Assembly (NCBI RefSeq): GCF_000150275.1
Contig: NW_002060965.1
Location: 620,001 to 684,000, forward strand
Origin: Trichoplax adhaerens
Lineage: Eukaryota; Animalia; Placozoa
DNA length: 64,000 nucleotides
Direction of reading: 5' to 3'
In this document: piece by piece, positions 11,733 to 25,100 of the stretch
Layout: the number at the start of each line of letters is the position of its first letter
How positions within the stretch are numbered: position 1 is the stretch's first letter
Translations under genes and position numbers: made by a program
The notes under the pieces: generated by a model
Told to the model about the DNA's origin: nothing
Databases searched by the model: none
What the model saw: the letters and a program-made list of their open reading frames with translations, nothing else

Positions 11733-14700
11733 TTATTCACGCTGTAAGAGTTTCGTTCGCTTCTTCTCCAATATAATATCATTTCTGTTTATCATTTTTA
11801 AAGCAATCTGCAATTCATTAAGGCTCGCATTTGGCTGTTTCGTTTTGTACCACAAATTAAGTAATTGCTTCGCTTGGTTATATACGTGATCGCGATTTTG
11901 TTCCTTGATAACCTCAACATCAATAGCTGGATCTAGCACCGTTGCTAATTTTATCCAATCTAAACCAATAGAGCTTGCAATAGAATGAAAATAATTTCTA
12001 GGATCTGCTAAATATGAGTGTGTATATACATCACAGTTAGTCTTTAAATTTTTAAATGGCGAATAAGCTATGATATAAATCCACAATAGTTTACTGTTAA
12101 CTAGCTCAAACGTTTCAATCGTGATTGGAATGATTTGTATCATTATTTATATAATCACAATATGAATAAGATAGACGATAGCTCGTATGCTCATTAGAGT
12201 ATGTTTATTTAAATTACTTCACAGCTATTGATTATATTTAGTATTCAAACTTCTTAAAAGAAGCAGTATAGAAACTGGTTTTACCTTTATCATTCGCGTC
12301 TATCCATCGCTCTATGGGATTGTAAGGAAATTTTAGATTAGTAATCGTAAGAATTTTTATCGAAACGGAGCAGCAACGCTACATACTGAATTCACGTATA
12401 CAGTATATAAATACTCTGTAAATTTACAGTCGTATTTATATATGAGTTTTTATTTAAATAGATTATACAGGTTCCTTTTATTACTTGCTTTTTATGTGTT
12501 CTAATGTTATACCATTATTCATACTAGCATACGTGAAAGATAGTGTAAAGCTATGGAGTTAACGTATTCTACTCTTGTGTTGCTCATATTCTCATATAGT
12601 AACATTTTACTTGCTTATTTTAGTTCTTGCTATGCAATTACTATTGATAAAATCATAGTTATCGTAACAGTAGTTTAAAGATTTTATATAAGGAAACCCG
12701 AGACGCAAAGATTATTTGCTGGTTACTGTTATTATCAAAAGATGTCGAAGTTACGCGAATCATCATGATTATCTATAGAAATAATGATACAGATAGATCT
12801 TAAATACTTACCCATCCATAACTTTTCGTCATAAACCATCCAATCGCCAAGAGATTGACTTGCAAATCGCATTCTACAATGTTGACACTGAATCCAATTT
12901 ATATCTCCCGCCTTATATTTATCGACAATACTCGTTTGCTTGCAACATTCACTGCATTTAATGTAAAATCGACAACTAGCTCCTCGAAATCTTATCATTC
13001 TTTTATCCACTATCGACATCAATCTATTTTTAACAACATCTTGAGGCCGGTTATGATATATAGAATTCTTAACTTTATCTATAACTGGCTTGGCAATAAT
13101 TGATCTATTTATTTTCTGAAAGCAATATTGTAATCCTATATAAGATTCCTCTTTCTTGACAATGAGATAATGATCATCATCTGCTAGATAATATTTAGCA
13201 CATTGATAATATAGTTCTACATCGGTATTATTCCATTGTTTTAAGCATGATGAAAGTAGACAGTAATAAATTCCATCTGGGATATAAGGAATATCTTGAC
13301 TGTCGTATCCGATATAAAGCCAATCTGATACATGATATTTTGATAAATCAAATGGCTTAGCATCATCTCTCAATAAATATGGAACAAAATATTCATATTC
13401 TACTGCACTACATGTATTGCCTTCTTCATGTCTAATGGCACATATAATATCATACGCCTCCATTAGATTCAATATTGTCTTTTTACTATTTTCATCCAAA
13501 TTAAATTTATCGATAGCATAATCGATGTAATTTCTTGATAATCTTCCTGTTTCACTGGCTTTTTGGTATTCATATCTCACTTGTAGACTACCATCTAGAT
13601 GATCTTTTAGTTGAATGATTGCACGAAATATATTTAATAACCAATCGACATTAGTTATAACAATTCCTGAATCGCCTACTTTATGGCAAAATATAACTTC
13701 TCCTAAATCATGTAAGTACATTAGCATATCTCTTAATTCATCATCACTTTTGTACAATCCATACTCTTGAGCTAAGTATTTTATTTCTTGCACTGTCATG
13801 ATATTATTCACTTGAGTAGTTCTTATTAGATTAATAGTACGAGATATCGATTGATTGTTATGCTTATGTAGAGATGCGCTTAATATTGTAGCCATAATGT
13901 ACCATCGAATAGGAACAGGATTACGAATAAATGGTAACGATTGTACAAACGTTTTAATAACGTAATGTAAATGAAGACAATATTGCTGACGTTGCTCCAC
14001 TGTCGATGGTCTATTATCATCAGGGTCGCAATTAAAAATAATACCAGAAGAGTAGATATGACTCTTATAAGACGGTATAGAAGATATCAGCTCTCTAACA
14101 AATTGTTTAAATCGACGATGTCGTTCTTCTTCATGTTTAATGCAATCGCTATGGGAAGCTACTAGAATAATTATAGGTAATGAGTATTGTGCATGGTCAT
14201 CGTTGACGTTAACGTCAATTTTACTTTGATTACTGTGGCCTCCTATAATTGATGTTAACCATTCTTGCATAGCCTTTAAATATGTCATTTTAAGTACTTG
14301 TCCATCTCTTGTTAGCACATTAGCGTTAATATCTTGATTAATGTTAAATGTGAGAATATATATACTATTAGCAGACATGAATGGATGATGTGTAACATGA
14401 TAGATTGCGTGACCTCCGAAATCCCATATTTTAATATATTGGTTATTATCACGATTATTTTTGTTTTGGTTTATGATTGATGAACAATAATGCTCATGTA
14501 AGCTAGTTACAGGCTGAGATTGAGTTTGAACCGTTTTTGACGATATAAGAGCTCCTACATCATCGATAATACCTATAGGAGAATGTGGTTTATCTTCGAA
14601 TTGATTTTCCTCAGATAGATCATCCATGCTAATTTGTTGATCTATGATACTGGTATCCGTTGTTTGCTGACTGATATTTTGCTGATTCTCTGCTGTTACT

Positions 14701-16341
14701 TCGGCTAATTGTTCTATGACTGTTGTCACTGTATCATGTAATATCTGATTGAAATCACAAATTTCCAAATTATGAATATTATAAGATTCAGTCTCTACCA
14801 TTTTATGAGAGTCTTCAGCAACTCGTGTTGGTGATTGATTGCTAATTAACACTTGTTGAGTAAATAATTTGATAATAGATGATTTACCAACATTACGAGG
14901 ACCGACAAACATCCCACGAATCAAACTATTACGGCATTGACCTTGATCTAATGCTTTGATATATGCATTGTAATATTTCTTTTGTTGTAAAGCTATAAAA
15001 TAACAAAATAAAATACTATATTTAATGAAGAATTACTTAATAAAGTCATACCAACCATAACAATTCGATTAAAGATTTACCTTTGTCTTGAGCTTGTTGA
15101 TTACTGTTGCCATGTGGGTTGTTATTGCTGATGTTATTATTTTCCGGTGGCGTAATCTTTATTATACCATTTCCCCAGAATAGCCTAACAAAGCCATCGA
15201 AAGCTCTTTTAGCTATTGATGTTGACGGCTGTAGGTTGGATTGCTGCCATCGTATAATAGCTATGGTATCTCTCATCTTTTTAACACTGGAATGATTTTC
15301 ACCTAAGACTGATAGTTTTATGTTTAGTGACTTCTCATACATAGAAAGAGCCTCACCATAATTGCGTTGATCAAAATAGACATTCCCCATATTGTTATAA
15401 CATTCTGCAACATTGAGATGATTGTCACCAAGGACTGACAATCGAATTTTAAGCGATTTATTATACATTGAAAGGGCCTGTTCAAGCTTACCCTGATTCC
15501 TATATACAATGCCCATGTTGTTATAAGATTGTGCCACATGGGGATGATTGTGGTTAAGGGCTGACAATCGAATTTTAAGTGACTTTTCGTACATGGAAAG
15601 AGCCTCGTCATGCTTTCCTTGTTTCTCATAGACGACTCCCATGTTGTTATATGACTTCGAAATATCAGGATGGTTTTGGCCATGAACTGATATTCGAATT
15701 TTAAGGGACTTGCTATACATAGAAAGGGCTTCATCATATCGGCTTTGCTTCTCAAAGGTAACTCCGATATTGTTATACGATTTGGCAATATGAGGATGAT
15801 TATGTCCAAGGACTGATAACCGAATTTTTAGAGACTCGTCATACATATCAAGAGCCTTATCATATTGACCTTTAAAATCATAAATTCGTCCAATTTCATG
15901 ATAAGAATTGGCAATACGTAAGTCTAGCTTGCCTAAGTACTTTAATTTCATCTCCAAAGATTTCTTACTATCTTCTAATGCCCCATTTAAATCACGCTGT
16001 GATATCTTCAGCTGACCTTGTCGGTATAAAAATTCAGCCAGTCTGACTGGATCCTGCAGTTTATTAGCCAGATATTTTCCCTTAGCAATCAGCTCCCTGG
16101 CTTTAGTCCACTCGTATTGCAATGTATAAATGTGACAAGTATTAAGATAAAGATCGCATAGGAATTGATCTATATCAGCGGAAGTATTGGGTATTGATTC
16201 AATTTCGTTAATAGCTTGCATGTAATAACTTTGTGCTTCTTTCAAATTGTAAGCTGTCAGGCATTTCTGACCTTGTGCACATAGAGATTGTATCTGATGA
16301 GGAATAGTACTCGCTCTATGACAAAATTGATCGGCGGCCAT
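11733..16341 (-). CDS. ROCO-family protein: TPR repeats - Roc GTPase - COR - Zn ribbon - death domain
   Basis: Exons 16341-15081, 14992-12812, 12311-12285 (27 nt) and 12007/12004-11733, all joined by phase-1 GT-AG introns. The N-terminus has divergent TPRs plus five 42-aa TPRs (A.SYNN.G..Y..QG.YDEALSMY.KSLKIRLS.LG.NH). Roc motifs are GPRNVGKS, WDFGG and LVASHSD. COR hallmarks include LMYLHDLGEVIF, VDWLLNIFRAII and YFVPYLL. A CSEC..CQHC pair follows, then a death domain (IASSIGLDWIKLATVL...QAKQLLNLW...LQIALKMINRNDI). Confidence 0.9.
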
Positions 16342-19192
16342 ATATTCCAATTTAGTAATAATTAACTAGCGAAAAAGTTGTAGAGGTTAGAGGCCTTGTA
16401 ACGTCTGCACACATTGATTCCTAACATCAATAGAACATTGAAAGAAATGAAATTATATCTAAACTATATATCTAAATGTTATTGAAATATTTATTTAATT
16501 CTAGATCCATCAATCTTTTGCATGCACAAATAATCATGCTTCAATAAAATTACAAATACAAATAGTATAATATAAAGGTTGTTAGGTACAGCACGATGGA
16601 AAAATTCTTAAATAGAAAGATCCACTTGTGATTCGTATACACGTACAAATGCAATTTCAGTTACCCTTACAGATTAATGATTCTAGACTATTACCAAAGA
16701 TAAAATATTGGCTAAGAATTACCTGCACTAGCAAATTGGAGTTCTGTTCAGTCAGAATAGTTATTTATACGAATCATTACAAACTGCACACTAGCGGTGA
16801 TGTGCGAGAATAATCAGTACCAAATCAAATATTTATTTTAATACTTATACAAATTAATGTAATTAAAGTACTACAACTGATAAAATGGAGGAAAAAAGAA
16901 ATAGGATATGTAATATACTCAGTATTTAATATAAATATTGACATTAGCGGTAAAATAAAATATACCAATCGTAATGGTGTAAGACAACTTACGTTAAGAA
17001 TCGATCCAATGTCTTCACGTTGTATTTACTTTCGGATAGGCCTGGTGTTATGACGGATGTTTAAACTTATAACAGCTGCTTATCAGTCAATACTCAATTA
17101 TCAACCAATTATGATTTAATTTTAGTTCATAGACGTATACAAGTCTAACTTGTTCAAATAAACTCTACTTTCGCTCGTTCCAAAATAATGAAGAGAAACG
17201 AAAATGAAAAGCCCTGCCACGCGATTAATGTCATCAATACTGCGCAATAGCATATTCGTATGCCTTAATTGCTCTATTTAAATTCTTCCCGGAGATTAAT
17301 GGCATAATGGTTGATCTTTATATTGTTATATAGTGGAAGGCTTAATTAAAAATATTGTCAACTCTCACCAGGCATATATTATAACAGGTAGTTACAATGT
17401 AGGCGTATAATACTACTGCATATAGTCCCATGTAAGACAAGAGTTGGTAATTTCAATAAAGGTTTTATAAAAGGAACTATGGTAATCAAGAAAGGGCTAT
17501 CCCCTCCATCACAATATCGAGAATGAACTTTGTGTTAATAATAGAGCAAGGCTGCATAAAATTACAAGGCTGTTTGAGGCTCATTTAATGACCTATGTAC
17601 AGTATAAAAGTTACGGTACGTCGATAAAGTAATATATTCTATCAAATCACTCCTTCCTTGTTTTACCTATATAATAAAGTACTACGAGTAGGTAGCCCTA
17701 CTCTAATCTAGTCATCTATAAGGTTAGGCTCTAAGTGTAGCAATTAAAAATAATTTACAACTTTAAAACTTATTGTTGAATATTTTCAATAGTAAAACTT
17801 AGACCACATAAATTATACACAGCTAGCTCTCAGGTTTTAGATTGAACTATCTCCTACCAAGGCACCCTGCAATCTTACTTAAGGCTACAGCGATCGTCGC
17901 TAAATTACCCACCAACAGTGCACGACTATCTTAATACCTAAATGTAATCTTTGACATCACCAGTTTACTTAGATCTAGCGCTCATCTTATGATTACTGGA
18001 ATTTCATGATCGAGCGTATTTTGCTACAGCCTAGTTCTCTAGCTTGTTGAAATCTCTGATGATATCTAGATTTTATGTACATACATTCGCCTGAGTAGTA
18101 CGTATGGATTGATTTCTACCATAGTGCCAATAAATCCGATAAATCGTTATTTACTTTATTTACATTATTATACAATCAAAAATTGATTCTTTCCTATAGT
18201 TACTATAACATAGTGTACAGGTATAAATGTTAATACGGTGTCAAATAGGCGTAACTATATCGATAGAGGATATCGAACGAAGAACAATCATTAGGATTTA
18301 TTCCATTCTCCACCCGTAATATACTGTAGCCCTGCTTCGATTCATTAAAAAATAAATACATATATGCAGTGTTTACTTCTAAATACAGTATAGTTTATTT
18401 TTAGTGAAACGTTTATTTCCACTAGACTGTATCATAACTCTTAATATGCTTAACTTATATTTAACGATTTACATTGCGGAAATCTTAGACGCTAGCTAGA
18501 TTATACCGTAACATTACCCTTGCATAGAAGTAACATATTATTATGAATCATCCGTGTCTATAAGTAATTTCCTCCTGCAGTGCTCTTAATATTATAAAAG
18601 CTATCTTCTTTCGCCTATCGCATTAATTAGTTCTGGTAATTATATGGTAAGCTTGCACGCTTTACCTATTCTACACTACTATAGTTATTCGACTAGTCAC
18701 GTCGTTACTCGCACGACAATCTTACACGATTATTCTCTTACACTAGTTCAATAAAGATTACTCTTCCGTTAACTATTCTATTTTACTTTATTGCGACGAA
18801 TGCCGAACTCTCAACCTTCCAAAATATCACAATATATATGACCTAATACATAAAAAAAATAATCCTGGTATTAGAATGTACAAATAAGTCTAAAATTGAG
18901 TTGTAGATGGGTGATAGTGATGAGACATTTACATAATCTAAAGACCATCTAACTAAATCACTATTTCCAATTTAGTAGGCTAGCAAGAGTCAATAACAAT
19001 ACATCGATAGAACAGTTTTGCTGAAAATTAGAGTAATAACTATTCATAGGATATTATTAAAAAATCAGTTTCAGTGGCATTTCCAAGGACGGTCAATGTA
19101 ATAAATTAAAAAATCTTGTCTTGGTTGATTCTTTTTCTTTTCATCCAGTATACCATTAACGTCCATGATACTTAGACGTTACTTACAATATA

Positions 19193-22100
19193 TCAAGTAG
19201 ACAAAGCATTTTTTACAGTATGGTACAAAATGTTTTTAATCTGTCGATCAAAGCAAGCCATTAATTAGTTAAGTATTAAGAGAAGAAGGTAATTTCTAGC
19301 TTAATGATAATTATCGATAGACAAACCTGTAACTTATCTTCATGGTTACTGTGGAAATCAGACAATTTTCGAAATTCTTCAGTTAATTTCAAGCATTGAT
19401 TAATATGCTAAGAAATGAATAATAAAAAGATAAACTTCTATGTTCATTTTAAGCACTGATCAATCAGTCGATATGCCGTGAAATGAATATAAAGTTTTCC
19501 TATTCTTTCGTTCATTTTAAGTAATAATCTATAAGTTATAAAATTAATATTTCTTCCTATTTGATATAGTATAGACCAGTAATTGTATAATAATCTCTAC
19601 AGCGATATCTCGATGAAAAATGTACATTTTATGCGATGTACTGTAAAGGCTCTCGTAGTAGCCTATTATTGTTGTGATATTTTATTGCTTAAATCAAGAT
19701 GTAAAACTTCTCTTTATTATACTATCGGGAATGCCACAAGATTTATTATTGTAAGCTAATATTGGTCGACGATTGCACTTACTTCAGGTGAGATAAAGTC
19801 TTCCGCTATTTTTATACAGTTATTTAAATTTTTAACCTATAGAAACAACAAATAGGCAAGGTCAAACTAAATGATATATATTCGATGATAGTTTCACTAT
19901 AATGTACCTTGTTCCAGTATCATAAATGCATATGATTTGCCTACCTGATGGGGAGCACCGGCTGGAATAATGATGGCATCACCTTGACATTGTAAAATAG
20001 CCCAGCCTTTTACCTCATATCTTTCATGGAGGATTTTTCTTAGACTTGGCGTAATGTAGAAGCTCTATAAGAAATAATATATTTTATAAAGGACACCAGT
20101 TATACGTTTTATTGATATATCCAACTCACCTGGTCATGAATGGGATCCGAATGAATAGTCTGTTTTTTATCACAATGCTCTCTTAAAAATAATCGAATTT
20201 TATCGACATCATCAGGACTATAGATATGCCAAATCGCGCCCTATGCAAATAAAATTGCCATCAGAACTTGATACACGAAAAGTCTCAAGGTTAATAAACA
20301 ACTATTAAAGGAATTTATATTCTTGTACTTACGGGCATTTCACCATTTTTCGTAACTCTCTTAATTTGAGATTCGTCGCAATCTTCATAATCTAGATCGT
20401 TTAAAGTAACTGCAAGATAGTAAAACAAGAATACATTCAATTCAGATACGAGTATCTCTTTCATTATACATAGAGAATATTAAGTTAAAAAATATCTGAT
20501 ACTGACAGCGTTTTCCATCTTTACTGTATGCCCAGGATACGTAGACCTAACATCATATTATTATTGAAAGGATGGTTAAAAAGGCGGCTAAAAAGTGTAC
20601 CCCGTAGAATAAACTATGTAAAGAATGATCGTTTTTCTTTTTTAATATTTTATAATATCAAATTATATGCACCATCGTATTAATTGCATCCGATATATCG
20701 ATGTGAAGATTCGTCGTACCAGAATTAGGATATGCAGCACTACCTGTAGAAAACTAGAATGTTAGTGCCTATATTGATCAATTTGGATGCTATAAATAAC
20801 AAAATATAACCCAGCCTGCCCTCACCATATGCATTGTACATTTTCGGACCTAAATCTGGTTTAACACAGTTTGGTGGTAGGCTGTAATGAAAAAATAACT
20901 TGGTTAATGAATGAAAATACTAGTAAATCACGAGATTAATAAAAATTTTAACTTTTTTCCTAACTGAGCCGCTAAGTTTAAGGAGCCATCACGTGAAGTA
21001 AGTTCGGGAAATGGAAAGGCCGACATGATATCATCATATCTATATGGTTACGAAAACACGTGTATGCATACTTATAAATCATATTAACTTTAATAGAATT
21101 AAAAAAGACGGAGATTATTACCCATCAGGAAAGACTTCACGAAAATCTGCAGCTGGCGGCCAGTCCTGAAATGTTAATATCAATATGCCGTGAATGGGTC
21201 AACTTCCATCAATATAGTTATTATTTACTTACTTTTAGCTTTAATATTTCTGTACTTTCATTCCTAAATTTTGTCCTTTCTGTTACAGACAAATAAACAA
21301 TGTTAATAATGACAGAGACATGCTTGGTAATACGGTTTATCTTGATTGCTAATGCTTAAACTACTATCGTAATCTATAACCTTTATAATTATCAAATCCT
21401 AGCCAAAATTTGTCTTTAGGAAAGTTTTTCATTACCGCTCCAGTTCTACAATTTATAACTTCACACGTAGATTGAGCTAATATGGATAACAGTAAATAAA
21501 GACAAATTTTAAAATAGTTTGCCAAATCTATATTGAACTACATCGCATTCGCTATATACCAAAATTTTTGATAAAGTACTGAGGATTCCAAAATTTTGAA
21601 TTCGTTTTATGATGAATGCCACATACCACAACAGGCTATGTACAAGTTAACAAATTATTAATTTAGTCCATCAGCTGAAATGGTGGTATGTTTTATAATT
21701 ATATAAAATGTAGATTAGTAAAACTAGTTACATACTTCATTTTTTATCCACCTCTTGAGAAAAAAATGTATGTTATTCGAGTGATCAGGTTCATTTAATA
21801 GCACTAATTTGTCATCGCATATATATTTAAAAGGGGGATCTAGATTCAGTCATAACCCAATTATTGTTAGTCGTATACTTGTCGTACTTATTATATAAGA
21901 ATTGCATATACGCGTACATAATCAGAACTAATATCGTCCACATCGATCATTTTGATACTATTAATTCTGGATGCATTAGTAAATAACAATACCGTAGATC
22001 TAAAGCAGCTCAAGGAACTGATAGATTTCAATGTAATGATGTCCTGAAGTTTATAATAAAATAGTAAATAGGTACGATCGTATATGCTACTGTAGTTGAT

Positions 22101-25100
22101 ATTATGAATTTCTATAATGCATTAGTAAGTGATATTTACTTGGATATGTAAAGTAGCCTAAGATAGAATAAATGTACTTATTAGATACTTTATCGATATA
22201 ACATTATAATGTAGCATAAGCGAACTGTATCTTATTAATATGATGCAATAAATTGTGCAATACATCAGCAAGTAGTAACCATGTTTAAATCAGCTCAAGA
22301 TTAGGGTAACTAGACTATAGTACCTTTTAATTCGGGATTAAGTGTCGAAATACTCGTATATTTTATTCGTTTAATTCTTTTGGATAATGTCGATTGCAAT
22401 TTAGACATAGCTTAAATAGATAAAGTTAACGCCATTAATAATGACAAGCATTATCGCAAAATAGCCATACAATCTTAATTACTAACCTTTAAGAGGTATT
22501 ATTTCCGTTAAAATGAGTCTTTCCATAGTATGTAATTTACGACTTTTACCGCATTTTAGCCAAGATATACAGCTGGACTTATTTTTATCTGAATATCATA
22601 GCATAATGTCAATATTATGCCATCTAAAATATCGCATTATCATCCACTTCGACTACTAACCCATACTTGAATTTTGAATAAAATCCTCTTGAACACATTC
22701 TTTACAAACAGTAAATCCACAATATTTACAGGTCCAATGAACATTAAATATAGAAGTTCTACAAACATCGCATAGTTCTCGAAATCCATCAACGGACGGC
22801 TTGATATAAATAGAGTCTAAAGGAATCGCAAGTTCATGTAATATTGTTATGGATGAGATCAAAATGTACATGATCGCCTAGTAAACATCTAATAATTTAT
22901 TTACTCACTGCTGTATGCATAATAATCAAGAATTGAACACGCATACTTCTACCTTTATCCCCTTGCTTTATAGCCTGCAGTTCGTCCGCTAATATTGTTA
23001 AAAATATTTCACCAGTGCATTGTAAAATGTATCTGGAGATCAACTTTTCACATTTTTTCCTCTTTCCTGAAGATGGAATTGAAGAAAAACACTGAGATGG
23101 AATTTTATTACTTAAAACGCGATCTAATTCATCCTGATTCGAAGTAGAGATTGATTACAGGATTACCATTTTTTCCCGGTAGCCATATATTACTAATAGT
23201 ACTGTTTTTATCTAAGCAGAATTCACGAGCGTTCCATTTGCCTGCAAAGGATAGCCTAGAATAACAAAACGGATAAATGCAGCCAGAATTTAAAAAACAT
23301 AGGTTAGGACATACTGAGACTTGGTAAGATTTTAAATATTGCGTCTCCTTCTTATTAGCTAGCTTAGCAGAAATTACTTACAATCGGAAATTGAGGAAGC
23401 GGCAGCAATTATCTTCTATATCTGAATTATCGTCTTGGAAAGAACCACAATCTAGGCAGCGTGGCAAGTATTTAACCAATTGATTGCAACTACAGGGCTG
23501 CCATAAAATAAACGGTTATAATATGGATAATTACGAATGTATATACAATCATTATCAAGCTAACATTAATCCAGAACTTTTTTAGTAATGAGATATACCT
23601 GTGGCGTTAACGAACCATCTTTTGGTAGAGATTTTGGCATAGCTTTAAATGCAAATTTTTAACATCAACTATTATACTCCGCTTTTAATACGAATATCGA
23701 TTGTTGAATTAGCGTATAATCGATGCCAAGGAGATACTATGATTGTAAAAATGATAGTATAACTTACTTTTCCGTTTCTTTACAGAATCCGTAGATTTAA
23801 CTCCATTATTAAAGTCTTGTTTCCCAGAGTGATTTGGAGGTATAGGTGATAATGCGCTCGTAGATACTTCCGCCCAGGATTCTGCTTGGATGGCTTTGGA
23901 AACATTTAAGCAAGATTTAGGTAAGGAATCTGCTTCAGGTTTCGACCAAGAATCCGTAACTGGCAAGGTCGTACGCATAGCGAGAGTTTCAGTAAGGGAT
24001 TTAGGTGCTGCTTTTGCCTGATGCTTTGTAACTGGTAGAGCTTGAGGTCCTATCGGAAGCGACGTAAGTTGCTTTGAAGACGATGAGCTCCGAATTGATG
24101 TTAAATCTTGATTCCTAAAATTATCTGATTTTAAATTCATAATTTTTTTCTTCTTTTTTTTTGATTGATATTCAAGACAATTTAGCTCAAATTGAAATTT
24201 ATCGATTTCTCTCGTTTCATGTGGCAAGTCTATCGGCGATTCTTGAGCATTATATGCGTAATCAGAAAGCGTAGCCTTAGTGTTCACGTTGACGGCGGAT
24301 AGATCTTCTGCTTTAGCTGGATCGTTACCTGATTTTTCAACATCAGGTGGCGGAAAATTTTCATTGATATCTTCTAACGCTGCCGTTTTACAGTCACCTG
24401 AAGAATTTCTTCTCGCTTCATCTGGTAAATTTTTCTGCGATTCTTGAGAATTATATGTATGAGCATGAAGCGTAGCCTTAGTGTTTACATTGGGGATCGG
24501 TAAATCTTCTGCATGAACTGGATCATTATCTGATTTTTCAACATTAGCTGGTGAAAGATTGTCATTGGAATCTTTTGACGCCGCCATTTTAGAATCTTCT
24601 GAAGAATTCTTATTTTCCGGCGGTAGATTAGTCATTTGCACTATCTTTTCAGATTGGATTGGGTTTATATCCACGGCATCCGTATTTTTAGATGATTTTG
24701 TTTCACAATCAAACTTCCTTCTACGTTTTCTTCTTGGTTGTAATAATCTAAGAGCATCATTCCAATTACTGGGGGTAATAGGATCCAATTGATTCTTCTT
24801 GGTTAGCAAGAATGAGTGATCTTGATCATTGCATGAAACGCTATTGAGTAAATTATTCGTAGGTGATGATGATAATGTGGTAGTTGGCGTAGCCATAGCT
24901 TTAGAAGTAGGGATCTCGAGCTCTAAGTGATTATTATTTGAATGCATGTCGTCATAATTACTGTTAGGGAAAATACCATTTTGTCGACTTTCAGATTGAG
25001 TAACTAAACACAATTTAATCCAATATAGATTAATGTTGCATTAGTAAATTGATTCGTTCACTGATTTAAATCAACTCAAAATGTGGAGACAATACCAATT

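Noticed and set aside
15324-15809. 161-aa alternative-frame ORF inside the TPR exon (and similar ORFs at 8488-8817, 9169-9393, 9443-9718)
   Set aside because: These are shadow frames of the 126-nt TPR repeat. In the pseudogene they reflect frameshifts, not separate genes.
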